Origin: Eledone cirrhosa
Lineage: Eukaryota
Direction: 5' to 3'
Length of the DNA stretch: 64,000 nucleotides
Assembly: GCA_964016885.1 (NCBI GenBank)
Contig: OZ024745.1
Coordinates: forward strand, 64,046,001-64,110,000
Position numbers and translations under genes: made by a program. The number at the start of each line of letters is the position of its first letter. The stretch's first letter is position 1. The notes below the pieces were generated by a model. The model ran no database searches. It was not told the DNA's origin and saw only the letters and a program-made list of their open reading frames with translations. Shown one piece after another: positions 52,198 to 64,000 of this stretch.

Positions 52198-52805
52198 GTG
52201 AGAGAGGAGAAGAATGAGAAGAGGAAGGAAGCACCCGCTCTTTGTGCTCCTGAAGAGGAGGGTTGCACATTTTTTTTTGGGGGGGGGCGACCCATGTCAA
52301 CGCCCCTCCCTAGTGAGGACATCGATTGTTAAATTTAATTTGTTATATGTTTTTTACACGTCTTTTTAAATGTATGTAAACTCCCCCCTTTGTATTTGTC
52401 CCAATCTTTGATGCCCTGGTGGCAAATAAATAGAAATTTATATCTATCTCTCCCAGTCCCCCTCTATATATCTATATCTATGTCTCCCAATCCCCCCCCC
52501 CCCTCTATATCTATACCTTTGTCTCCCAATCCCACTCTCTATATCTACCATAGAACTTTCTCCCAATTCCTCCCTCTTTATCCATTATCATCAAGCTCCC
52601 CCCCCCCCTTTCTATATCTACCATACCACGGCACATTATTTTTCACCCCCCTCTCTATATCTATCTACATTTATCTCTCCCAATGCCCCTCTCTATATTT
52701 ACCTTACATCACTCTCATTATCCCCCTCTCTATATCAATTAACACCAAACTGTTCCCCTCTCTATATTTACCACACAACCCCCCTCTCTAAATCAATCAA
52801 CATTA

Positions 52806-52983
52806 TTGGCAGTATCGGTAGATGGTCGGACGCCATGCTTTGCAGCATAGAGTTACGGCCCTTTATGGTCTGAGTTCAAATCCCGCCGAATTAACTTTGC
52901 CTTTCATCCTTACGGGGTCGATAAAATAAAGTACCAGTAATGCACTGGAATAATTGCTGGCCTTGTGCCAAAAGTAGAAACAA
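52806..52983 (+). mobile_element. tRNA-derived SINE
   Basis: Matches 22160-22329. Confidence 0.85.
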
Positions 52984-53521
52984 TGACAAAAAATGAACAT
53001 TACAAGAAATCCCATATTTACGAACGTACACTATACGATTAACACACACCGCTTATAAGAATTTAAGCAAATGTCCAACCCCTCCCATCGCCCCTGATCC
53101 AACGTGATATTTGAGTCGAACCTGAAACCATATAGTTTGAAGCAGACTTCTAAACCAACCATGCTTAGGCCCATATGGTCAAAGGCAAGAGAAAGCAGGC
53201 GTTTTATCAAAGACATTTTGGCTGTGGTCACACCATCTTTAGCATACTTTGTACAATGTATTCTTGCTTTAAGATAGAGAGTGTTATATGCAGGAATTGT
53301 GTTAGATGCGTCTAACAAGATTCTAGGATATTTGTTTTGGCTTTTTATGTTCTGACTTCTTCAAATTTTATCCTACCTGGCATACATAGGTTTAGAGTAT
53401 TTTCTGGGGGTTAGTAGATTGATTGGAGCAATAAATGTCATATTTGCATATATGGCATGGTCTAGTTGGGGCGCCGCGTTTCTAGGGATTTTTTTAAAGC
53501 TTGGCAGAGCCCAATCCTCTC

Positions 53522-53567
<46 letters not shown>

Positions 53568-53571
53568 TATT

Positions 53572-53613
<42 letters not shown>

Positions 53614-53765
53614 AAATACGTAGTTAAGAAAGCCACAACAATGCAGAGAGAAATCTCGAGGTAGGAAGTGAAAGATAGATAGGAAAAACAGGTGAAAGTG
53701 AAAATTGAGAGAGACAAAGATGAAAACAAAACAAAGGTAGAAGGGTTACCGTAGTAGAGATTTAA

Positions 53766-53801
53766 TCCCAATATTTCGGGCTCACGCCCATCAACGGGGG
53801 A
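53766..53801 (-). ncRNA. Minimal hammerhead-like motif with variant core CCGTTGA
   Basis: tccc-CCGTTGA-t-gggc(gtga)gccc-GAAA-ta-TT-ggga. Confidence 0.55.
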
Positions 53802-54397
53802 AAGTTCCAAAAGGGGGGGAAACAGGCCAAGCGGAGAAAGTTGTGATGTCGTTAAGACAGGAATGCCGTTATGGGGAGAAAATTATTTAAAATTTAAACG
53901 AGGGAAAGAATGCGCGTGCGCGTGATAGGCTGTGGCAAAAGCTACTGACCAAAATCAAGAGGGTGCGCTAGCGAGTGAAAGCCGTAAGATATGTGTGTGT
54001 AAATATATATGTGTGTGTAACTGTGTGTGTATAAGTGTAAGTGTGTATATGTGTGAGTGTGTGTGTGTGTGAAAAATAGTGGGCTGTAGAAGCTGGAAAT
54101 CAAAGGGTGTGAAAAGTGGTAGGTTGTAAAACATGTGTGCGTGTATAAATATAGATGTGTGTGTGTAAGCGTATGGGTATACATGTGTGTGTAACTGTGT
54201 GTGTATATGTGTGAGTGCGTTTGTGTGTGAAAAATAGTGGGCTGTAGAAGCTGGAAATCAAAGGGTGTGAAAGGTGGTAGGTTGTAAAAACATGTGTGCG
54301 TGTATAAATATAGATGTGTGTGTGTGTGCGTATGGGTATGCATATACGTGCGTGTGTGTGAAGATAGCAGGCCGTAGGCTGTGAATGGTCACTATGG

Positions 54398-55647
54398 TTA
54401 AGTTAGCCATGTCAGCTCATTTCTCTCAGCCCGGTTGTTAAGTGGGGGTCTGAGGTTCTTAATAACAAGTGCTTCTTTTATCCTTAAGGATCCGATGCTG
54501 CATTCAGTCGCTAGGACTGTGACCAAGGGTCTACCCTGTGGGTTTCCGTATTTAAGGATGTTTTTACGGAAGGAAGATGCGTTGGTGTTGATATGTTCCT
54601 TGATACGAACATGTAGGGGTCGGATGGTGCTACCTATGTAAAACTTGTTACATTTATCGCATTGAATCTTATATACGACATAGGTGCGTAGGCAATCTGC
54701 CCCCCGTATCGGGCAGTTGCTGAGGGAACACGTCCCATCTGACTCGTCGGGTTTGTTGGAGAGGCATCTTCGCAGCGAAGGTCCTGTGTGGGCCAAATAT
54801 ATGTCAAGTCCCTCCGTCCGTATGGCCCTGCGGATGGCGTTCGTGGTATATTCACTCAGGTGGGGGATTTTAAAGAAGCACCTGCTTTTATTTAAGTTTC
54901 TAGTGGGTGTCTGTCTATTGGGTCTGGGGTTTCTAATTCCGTTAATCAGTCGCTTGGGATAACCATTAGATCTGAGTAGATTACGGAATTGCGTGGTATG
55001 GGTGAGACCACCCAACGGGTCGCTGCATCTGTTAGTGATCCGTGTCAGTTCATTTAGGACATAGCCTCTCTTAGCGTTGTTGGGGAGGGCTGAGTTATAA
55101 TGCACAAATAAGTCCTTGCACGCTGCTTTGCGGTAGAAGGTGGTGTTTATGTCTCCTTCTTCCGAGATGTTGATACGGAAGTCGAGGAGGGCGAGTGACC
55201 CGTCTTCTCCTGGGTGTTCGATGGTGAAATCGACGTGATGGTCAGTATCGTTGAAGATTTGGTGAATTTCATTCGCCATCTCCCGGGAAGAAGTAAGTAT
55301 CAGGATGTCATCAACGTATCTGGAGTAGAAGGCGACGGCGTTGGGTTGGCAGGTATTGAGTGCCTTGCGTTCCAGGTGGTCCATGTACGAGATCGCAAGT
55401 ATGCCGGACAGACTAGAGCCCATAGGTAGCCCAGAGATTTGTTTGTACGTGTGGCCGAGGAAATTGAAGAGTGCATTATCCACAACGAAGGAGAGGAGTT
55501 GGTGGATGTCCGTGTGTGTGAGTCCGAAGCAGTGTAAGTTAGATGCTCGGACTCGTTCGGTCAACAGGTCGACAGCTGGGGATGCTGGTACGGAGGTATA
55601 AAGGGCGACCACATCAAGACTGAAGGCATAACCGTTGTCCTTTCTGG
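54398..55647 (-). CDS. PLE RT plus GIY-YIG (real part of ORF 54398..56005)
   Basis: [59 protein letters not shown]; upstream YI/TH runs are microsatellite read-through. Confidence 0.9.
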
Positions 55648-55660
55648 TATATATATATGC

Positions 55661-55740
<80 letters not shown>

Positions 55741-55747
55741 TTTTATG

Positions 55748-55807
<60 letters not shown>

Positions 55808-55911
55808 TATATATACACAGTATATATATATATATATAAATATATATATATGTGTGTGTGTGTGTATTTTTATGTATATATATATATGTATATTTGCATA
55901 TATATACACAG

Positions 55912-55971
<60 letters not shown>

Positions 55972-55975
<4 letters not shown>

Positions 55976-56113
55976 GGTAGTGTGGTAAGGAACCAGGTGG
56001 ACCATAATGCACCAGAGTACTCGATACTTTGGCTAGTAGAGTGGGTAATAGGAAAAGATTCAGGACCTCGACGGCAGAACTCAAGCCGTTTCGACGGCTA
56101 TTTCTGGACTAAT
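55972..56113 (-). mobile_element. Family A repeat copy
   Basis: Reverse-complement similarity to 59672-59813. Confidence 0.8.
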
Positions 56114-57179
56114 TATGTGTATATATATATATATATAAACATAATTACATAAACGGAGAAATCTATTAGTGATACTCCGACCAATTCCCAACTCACTCAA
56201 CAAACATTAGAAAATAACGGGGTATATTCCCAATTAAACGTTTGGGGTGCTAACTATATTGTATTGTGTGGATAATTGGCTGTATTATTTTATATGAGAT
56301 ATATTAAATTATATATATATGAAGTGTTTCCGTAGGAAAGGTAAAGGAAAAGAGAGTGCTCTATGTAGGCTACAGAGCTTTTCAGTTATTTTCATCGAGA
56401 CATCAAAAGAGTTTTCTGGGCTTGATATATACATATATTCATCAAACTATTACCAAATATAATTTCACACAATGAATAATTTTCTCCACGCGTAATTATT
56501 TTTAACACATTAGGATTTCGCACACATGCTTGTTAGAAAAAAATGTTAAGGAAGAATGATTTCCAGTTTTATATTTGAAAATGAAATTATTTTGAGAATA
56601 AACGCGTATGTATTCAGTCAGGCATTTTTCCAGCTAGCAATGGCTGGACGGGTTAGTACTTAGTTGGAGTTACTGACTTTGCAGACGGGCCAGTAATTTG
56701 CCTATATGCGTTCCCCGCACTCTACATGTTGCACCGGGTAAATTTATTGTGGCACCAGCAATGGGAAGATTGTTTTGTCGTTGACACAACGGAAGAGTGT
56801 TGTCTACCCTCTGTTTGGCAAATTTTCAATGTGTGGATGCGCTTCCTATCATCAACCATTTCACAGAGTGTACTGATGCATTTTACCATAACACTAGAGA
56901 GGTCGTTGTGCCTTAGACATTTTAAAAAATCCATTTAACCCATTTGATGCCAAACTGCACTTGGTTCATCTATATCCTATTATAATTTAAAAAACCTTCG
57001 TTATGCGTGATGTTTGCTTGTATTTAATATTCCCTATTATCGTTGGTAAGGAGGAAGATAATGGATCCTAGCCTGTCCCTACTTACATTTTCTAGAATTG
57101 AGAAAAATATTAATTTTCCCAATAAATTAAGAGAACCAATATTGGAAGAAATTCTTTCATCAGAGGGGTTCTTTGGATA

Positions 57180-57360
57180 TAGAAACTCAGATCATAAAGG
57201 GCCATAACTCTATGCTGCAAAGCATGTTGTCCGTCGCCCTACCGATACTGCTGCCCTATGTATGTTAATAATAATAATAATGTTTCTACTTTTGGCACAA
57301 GGCCAGCAATCATATCAGTGCATTACTGGTGCTTTATTTTATCGACCCCCGTAAGGATGA
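57180..57360 (-). mobile_element. SINE pieces, the second ending at the mariner boundary
   Basis: Head 57180-57255 and tail/core 57281-57360. Confidence 0.7.
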
Positions 57361-57364
57361 TATA

Positions 57365-58275
57365 CGAGGTGTGTCAGAAAAGTTCCAGCACTGATGTCAC
57401 AAAAGATTTATTTCAAACCCAAACTTCACACGAAGAGTTTTCTCCTTCAAAGTAATCCCCCTGGAGTCTAATGCACTTTTCCCTACTTGTCTGCCACACT
57501 TGCATGCACTCCTGGAAGGATTCTTCCGGGATCCTCCGCAGTTCCGTCGTCACGGCCTTTGTGATGTAATCCACGTCTTCAAAACGGGTCCCCTCCAGGT
57601 CGTACTCGAAGATCCATGACTCATCACCGGTGATGACTGTCCCTAGTAAGTCTGGTTCGGTTTCAAGAAAGATTGAGGGTGTCCTGGCACACTTGCATGC
57701 CTCAACCCTTCTGGTCATCGTTCAGCAGTTTTGGCACCATCTTCGCGCAAACGTTCCGCATGTCCAAATCTTCAGTGAGAATCTTCCAGACGCTGTCCCG
57801 ATTCATGCCCAGCTCATTTGCCATCAGTCGAACAGTCAGCCGACGATCGCTACGCACTATCTGCCTGACGCGCTCAACGTTGACCTCAACCTGGTTGTTG
57901 ACGGCCTTCCGCTCCTGGGGTCATCTTCCACGCCCTCGCGTCCTTCTTTAAACCTCTTGCACCCCTCTTGCGCCCCTCTTGCACCCCTCTTGCGTGACAT
58001 CGTCTCATCTCCATACACTTGCTGCAGCGGAGTTTTCCCCAACCGTACCAGAAACTTCAAGTTTGTTCGTTACTCTGTGCTCATTGCTTGACGGAGTGAA
58101 ACAGAGGGCATGTATATAAAATTATGAAGAAAAAAATGTGATCGCTGCAGAAAGCTAAGATTACAGTTACATACTCCAGGGGGATTACTTTGAAGGAGAA
58201 AACTCTTAGTGTGAAGTTTGGGTTTGAAATAAATCTTTTGTGACATCAGTCCTGGAATTTTTCTGACACACCTCG
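57365..58275 (-). mobile_element. Internally deleted mariner DNA transposon
   Basis: ~103-bp TIRs cgaggtgtgtcagaaaa..., TA on both sides; transposase remnants RFKEGREGVEDDPRSGRPST, ITGDESWIFEYD, CIRLQGDYFEG. Confidence 0.92.
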
Positions 58276-58286
58276 TATATATATAT

Positions 58287-59508
58287 ATATTGTTATACTT
58301 GGGGAGGGTCATATTTGTGTAATATTGCCAGAATTAATAACAGAACACACTCACTGTTTGGTTGGTTTTCGCTTTTCGCTTCTGTGTCTTTTATATCGGT
58401 AATCTAATTTATTCGGTCCTCAATGCTGCCATTGACTGACCGACGGTCAAAAATAATACAGATACAATATAGACACAAACACATATATATAGTTTATCAA
58501 AGTTCTTTCGTTGCACATCTGCAACATCGTCAGTGGTGCTATTGTTTCCTCCCGTTACATTGTATGTCTACCCCATTTTTATTTAGTCTCTCTATATATT
58601 TATTTATTTGTTTGTTTGTTTATTTTATTTTGTCTTCTTTGCGCATGCGTTTGCGTGTGTGTATAGTGTTTTGTTTGATGTGTGTTCGTGATTGGGTGAC
58701 TAGTGTGTGTTTATATGTGTTTGTTGTTATTGTGCTTGTGTATGTATTTATTTATTTATTTATCTATTTATTTATTTATTTATTTATACTTCTCTTAGGT
58801 CAGTGTTGTTTGTTTGGGTGTTGTTGTTATTCCATTCATTCTTTTTGTTTAGTCTTGGCCTTCTAAGTTCTATTTCACTGGCCTCTCTGATTTGCCTATC
58901 TGCTGGGTCATTTCTATGTTTAGATATTATTCTAATTTCTATGTTGTCTATGTTACCATCGTGTTGTTGTCTGGCATGTTCGTATAGTACTGACCGGTTT
59001 TTTCGTCCTTTTAGTTCCCCCCAGTGTTGGTCTATCCTTTCACCTATGCTACGAGCTGTCTCGCCTATGTATGTTGTTGTCATGTTTCTGCAAGTACCCT
59101 CTGTACATCTTATGCTATAGACTACGTTTCTAGTTTTACAGTTTATCCGGGGGTTTACCTTACATATGATACATTTCCTATTAGTACAGTGGGTTTTCTT
59201 AAAAGGGTAGGTTTTGCTGATCAGGGATTTTATGGTGGTTCCTGGATTTTCTACCACCTTAATCTTTAAGTGGGTCTTCTCAGGGCCTTTCTACACTGGT
59301 TAGCTAATTTCCCTCCAGGGGTAGCGTCCACAAACATGACACTCTGGTATCTCTGGTTGTCGTACCATGAGGTGGCTTTCCCTATCGAAAACCAACCAAA
59401 GAGTGAGTGTGTTCTGTTATTAATTCTGGCAATATTACACAAATATGACCCCCACCAAGTATAACAATATTTCTTTCGACACACGATTTCATATAAAAAA
59501 CCTCGCAA

Positions 59509-59512
<4 letters not shown>
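58287..59512 (-). mobile_element. 3' part of a PLE (GIY-YIG) with inverted 3'-end copy
   Basis: SVMFVDATPGGKLA, CIIC..NCKTRNVVYSIRC..YIGETARSIGERIDQH; 58287-58371 inverted at 59386-59470 plus ~40-bp tail; (TA)n on both sides. Confidence 0.88.
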
Positions 59513-59599
<87 letters not shown>

Positions 59600-59604
59600 A
59601 TTAT

Positions 59605-59812
59605 ATAGGAACGAGTAGGACTCCGACGGCTGAGCTCAAGCCGTTTCGACGGCTAATTCTGGACTAAATGATTTAGTCCAGAATTAGCCGTCGAAACGGC
59701 TTGAGCTCAGCCGTCGGGGTCCTACTCGTTCCTATTACCCACTCTACTACCCTAAGTATTGAGTACTTTGGTGCGTTATGGTCCAGCTGGTTCCTTACCA
59801 CATTTCCTTCGT

Positions 59813-59813
<1 letters not shown>
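59605..59813. mobile_element. Family A fold-back: 64-bp-arm palindrome plus tail
   Basis: 59605-59668 / 59672-59735 with one mismatch, loop TGA; tail to 59813; inside (TA)n. Confidence 0.85.
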
Positions 59814-60363
<550 letters not shown>

Positions 60364-60371
<8 letters not shown>

Positions 60372-63292
60372 TAAAATAACAGATTAAAGTTTAAGCAAAG
60401 AATCGCTGCTTTCACCCTTAACGGGATCTTCTGAAACTAACAAAGTCAATCTGTAAACGCAGAACTGGATATTTCAAAAAACGTTGCAACCGGAGGAAGA
60501 CAGGAAGACGATACTTTGGTTCGTGGTAACGTTCGCTGGCAAAGAACGGGAAAAAACGAATAATACGTCATTAATAGGAGCGGTGAAAAACAATTACGTG
60601 CAAAGACAGAACCACGTTTATGGTATAAAAGAGGTCGTAGACTAATGTTCTCTTAGGTGGTGCATAGAGACGTTCTCTGGCAATGAACGAAAAAACGAAG
60701 ATAATAAGTCATATGTGGAGCGTGGAGAACAATAGCACGCAAAGACAAAATCACGTAAATGGTATAGCAGAAGTCGTAGACTAAAATACTAACTAGGAGA
60801 CCAAATGAATCTCCGCTACAGAGTTAAGAACAAAGTAAATAAATACAATACAGAAGTAATAGAAACAAATAAATACATACACGCAAACAGATACGTACAT
60901 ACACAAGCATCCGCAAAACCTTACCATAGGTATACGAAACCACGCACATATAAATATGTGTGTGTGTGTATGCTTGTGTACAAATAAATAAATAATTATA
61001 TAAACGTATATAAGTAAATAAATACGTATATAACAAGCGCACGCACATACCTACAAATAAATACACGAATGTTCGGAGACGTAAGTCAACTAAAACAAGA
61101 AGTACACATATACACACACCCACCATACGTACGAACCTGCATACTCACGCAGACGCAAAACTCCCGTATACACATAGCCAAACCCTAAATACCAGAATAT
61201 GTAAAAATTATACGCCATAACAGTCAAATATACGTACGAGAAGGTATACATACCTTCACAAAACATACGGGTAATATATACTTACCTATGCAAATAAGTA
61301 AAGGAATAAACAAAACATATACTTAGCTCCCGCATCAAGATGTAAAATATCCACGTATAGATCGTGCTATCCGTTGGGGTATATCGTGGGGCTGTAATAC
61401 AGGAAAGTTTTGTGCAATTTATGTTTACAAGCCGAAATTGCCTCGGATTTTTTGTTTAAGATGTGGTCTGTGGCGTAGAGTATTTCCAGGGCCTCAGCGG
61501 CGCAGAGGTCACATGGTCTTTTATTTCCGTAATACGATCTAGCCCTAGCTAGGATCTCCCAGTGTAACTTATATTGGGTGTGGTTGTCTTTTAGACTCCA
61601 GATATAAGCTGAAAGTGACGTCATATTCCTTCTTAGAGGGTAACGAAAAGAATGGGTATGCATGTAAAGACGCTGCTTGAAACTATTGGTGGTTAACCCT
61701 ATGTAGGCCCTACGGGACGTGGGTGTTACAACCTTACATTTGTAGACAATGTTACTAGAGAGGCATTTCCCGGATAGGGGGCAATCAGCCCGATTCCTAC
61801 AATTACAGTTAGTACTAACTACAGGGTTGCACGTGTTCCTACGGCTAGGTAGTTTAGCTAAATTTGAAGCTGTGATGTTATGTGCAAGGTTAGGAGTCGT
61901 AGAGTAAGAAATTTTAATAGTATTTCTATTAAAAATTTTACTATATTTATGTGTAGGGGGAAAATGCTTCGTAATAAGGGAAAGAAAGATCTTAGCTAAT
62001 GGTGTGGCCACCTCCATATTATATGGTGGGTTAAACCAACAAATGCGACGGGATCTATTTCTTCTAGGTCTATTTTCGTACTCTGTATAAGCTACTTTAT
62101 CAACAAATCCACTTCGAGCAAGAGCTTCATTGTAATAAGTGGAATGGTCGTTGAAAATGCGCTCGTTGGTGGAAAGACGGGAAAGCCTCAACGAAACGTT
62201 TTTTACCAGGTTCTTGGTTATGCTGGCAGGATGGTTGGAATGCTTACTTATGTAATTAAGCGTATCATTCGGCTTTCTATACGGGTAATACAACCCATTC
62301 AATAAATTGAGGGTAACGTCGAGGTAATTAACGACCGAGAGATTGGCCTCAACCTGTATAGAGAGGTTGAAGCCTTTAAAGAAGGCTGTGAGTTCTTTTC
62401 TGAACCTGTCACAAGCACGAGGTCCGCACTTAGTCATGGTCAAGAGACCATCGTCACGGTACAAACCACCGCCCGCGTTGGGGAATTCGTCCTTGATAGA
62501 GAAAAGAAGGAAAAGGCCAATAAGATCAGTAACCGCCGCAGAGTCACTGGCGCCCATACTCACGTCGAATGGGGTGCTATTGGATTTTTTAATCCAAATA
62601 GAGTCGTCGAAATTAATCACCGACTTTCGGGCATTAAGGATGACATCAACTTCGAAATCCTTAACCACTGTGAGTGTTTTAGCGAAATTGATAGCTCTAA
62701 GGAGAAGTGGTAAAGTGATGGAGGAGTAGTAATTGTTGATGTCGAATTGGATAAAACGGCAATGTTCCTTGTTACATATGCCGTTGAACCAATCAATCAC
62801 CGCGAAGGAATTGTTCCACAGTGCGAGAGGGGCCAAACTTCTAATTTCAGGTATAATTCTATCAAGAATAGTTTTACTAAGTCTACCTAAATCGGACTTC
62901 GTAGGGTTAATAAGCCGAATAGAGGGGTTGTTCGGAAAATTGGATTTGTGATCCTTCAGGGTAAAGTGGGGAGAGATAGGGTCCAGAGGTTCGGTCCGGT
63001 CCAGGATGTTGAGATCAGATGTGATTTTAAACCCAGCATCGTTGATTTCATTGATGACACACCGATTAGTTTTACGGTAATCCTTAGTTACAGCATTATG
63101 TAGTAGTTGATGGTAAGTACTGCGCTCCACTTGATATAGGTTGCCAGTTTTTATGGAATGGACGTGCACGATTCTTTGCTTAAACTTTAATCTGTTATTT
63201 TAATAAATATTTGCTCTACGGTTTTTATATATTTGATATATATTTTCCTTATCGAGCCCTCTTTGGATTTTAGTCTTCAATTTTATTATTAT

Positions 63293-63296
<4 letters not shown>
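60364..63296 (-). mobile_element. Penelope-like element (Nematis-like motifs), 5'-truncated with inverted 3'-end copy
   Basis: ORF 61367..63169; 60364-60405 inverted at 63169-63210 plus tail to ~63296; (TA)n on both sides. Confidence 0.92.
61367..63169 (-). CDS. PLE RT plus GIY-YIG, uninterrupted for ~600 aa
   Basis: FIQFDINNYYSSI, FDVSMGASD, GGLYRDDGL, SNHP, CNCRNRADCPLSGKCL, NIVYKC..YIGLTTNSFKQR, CDLCAAE. Confidence 0.93.
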   Translation of the reverse strand: MHVHSIKTGNLYQVERSTYHQLLHNAVTKDYRKTNRCVINEINDAGFKITSDLNILDRTEPLDPISPHFTLKDHKSNFPNNPSIRLINPTKSDLGRLSKTILDRIIPEIRSLAPLALWNNSFAVIDWFNGICNKEHCRFIQFDINNYYSSITLPLLLRAINFAKTLTVVKDFEVDVILNARKSVINFDDSIWIKKSNSTPFDVSMGASDSAAVTDLIGLFLLFSIKDEFPNAGGGLYRDDGLLTMTKCGPRACDRFRKELTAFFKGFNLSIQVEANLSVVNYLDVTLNLLNGLYYPYRKPNDTLNYISKHSNHPASITKNLVKNVSLRLSRLSTNERIFNDHSTYYNEALARSGFVDKVAYTEYENRPRRNRSRRICWFNPPYNMEVATPLAKIFLSLITKHFPPTHKYSKIFNRNTIKISYSTTPNLAHNITASNLAKLPSRRNTCNPVVSTNCNCRNRADCPLSGKCLSSNIVYKCKVVTPTSRRAYIGLTTNSFKQRLYMHTHSFRYPLRRNMTSLSAYIWSLKDNHTQYKLHWEILARARSYYGNKRPCDLCAAEALEILYATDHILNKKSEAISACKHKLHKTFLYYSPTIYPNG

Positions 63297-63385
<89 letters not shown>

Positions 63386-63387
63386 TA

Positions 63388-63445
<58 letters not shown>

Positions 63446-63459
63446 ATTATATATATATA

Positions 63460-64000
63460 ATAAAAAATTGAACAGGGACAGAACAGAGAGGCAGTACGAC
63501 AAATGTTTATTAGATTCACGCTCAGGAGAGTGGGGGGTATGTGGAGGACGACGTTTCGGGCATAAGCCCTTCTTCAGGTAAGAGTTCAAAAGGTGTGTAG
63601 GGGAGTGGTGGAGAGACATATAGCGAAAGGAAACGGTGCGAAAAATTAACAAATAAAGACAAAAATATAATAAATAATAAATAAAAATAAAGCATGATCA
63701 AAATACAAGGAATGAGAACATTTAAAAATAAAGGCATGATCAAAATAAACTGAAATTAAAAGGGGGGTAAACAGGTGGTGGAAGGATGTGGGGTGAGTAG
63801 AGGTGGAGGCGGGTGGAGTGGGGAGAGGGAGACGGGGTGTCCGAGCGAGGAGGGCTGAAGGTGGTGTGTGTGGTTAGGTGTGCGTGTGTGTGTGTGTGTG
63901 TGTAAGTGAAAGTGAGGGTTGGGGGAAGAACGGGGTTGCATGTTCAGGAAGGTGTGTGTGGGGGGTGTTTTTGTGTGTCGGAGGGTCTGTGCGTGTGTGG
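63460..64000 (-). mobile_element. 3' UTR of a second copy of the 18111-21930 PLE family, running off the window
   Basis: Reverse-complement similarity to ~21390-21930, including the hammerhead at 63549-63580; abuts (TA)n. Confidence 0.88.

Larger units (their letters stand above)
46831..52437 (+). mobile_element. Near full-length Tx1/L1-type LINE, inactivated
   Basis: ORF1 with CCHC knuckle, ORF2 APE-RT-zinc finger, 3' UTR with AATAAA near 52425; 5' boundary approximate. Confidence 0.9.
53607..55647 (-). mobile_element. 5'-truncated Penelope-like element related to 1130-3182
   Basis: RT+GIY-YIG ORF, CA-rich 3' UTR with internal duplication, hammerhead-like motif at 53766-53801, TA microsatellites at both ends. 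Confidence 0.9.

Noticed and set aside
55648-56005. N-terminal YI/TH extension of the 535-aa ORF
   Set aside because: Stop-free microsatellite read-through.
58784-59380. Selenoprotein-type PLE
   Set aside because: Cys motifs use normal codons, the ORF break near 59266 is a frameshift rather than TGA, and no convincing SECIS was seen.
60400-60430. CAGAAGA-tccc..ggg-t-GAAA on the minus strand near the PLE 3' end (also ~16230-16265)
   Set aside because: Position is suggestive, but no properly placed UH site or stem I; not called a ribozyme.
60529-60784. Diverged ~120-bp duplication in the PLE 3' UTR (single copy in 16201-17603)
   Set aside because: Real but ordinary subfamily UTR variation, with no ribozyme core.

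Overview
AT-rich, microsatellite-dense animal DNA made up mostly of transposable elements and simple repeats; no host gene is recognisable. The SINE content and repeat landscape suggest an octopus or other coleoid cephalopod, but that is inference. Penelope-like retroelements (PLEs; RT plus C-terminal GIY-YIG) of at least four distinct lineages dominate. Almost all are joined to (TA)n tracts, several carry an inverted copy of their own 3' end at the 5' junction, and many have minimal type I hammerhead ribozyme motifs, some with non-canonical cores. The most notable object is a non-coding ~4.5 x 468-bp tandem array (31679-33793) with one well-formed hammerhead per full unit, inserted in a (TA)n tract: a candidate retrozyme (circular-RNA-producing non-autonomous element) parasitising the PLE machinery. 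Also present are two CRE-clade REL retrotransposons, a near full-length degenerate Tx1/L1-type LINE, RTE and CR1/L2 remnants, a deleted mariner, many tRNA-derived SINEs and several long fold-back palindromes. All pairings and alignments were done by eye, and clade names rest on motif resemblance, not database searches.
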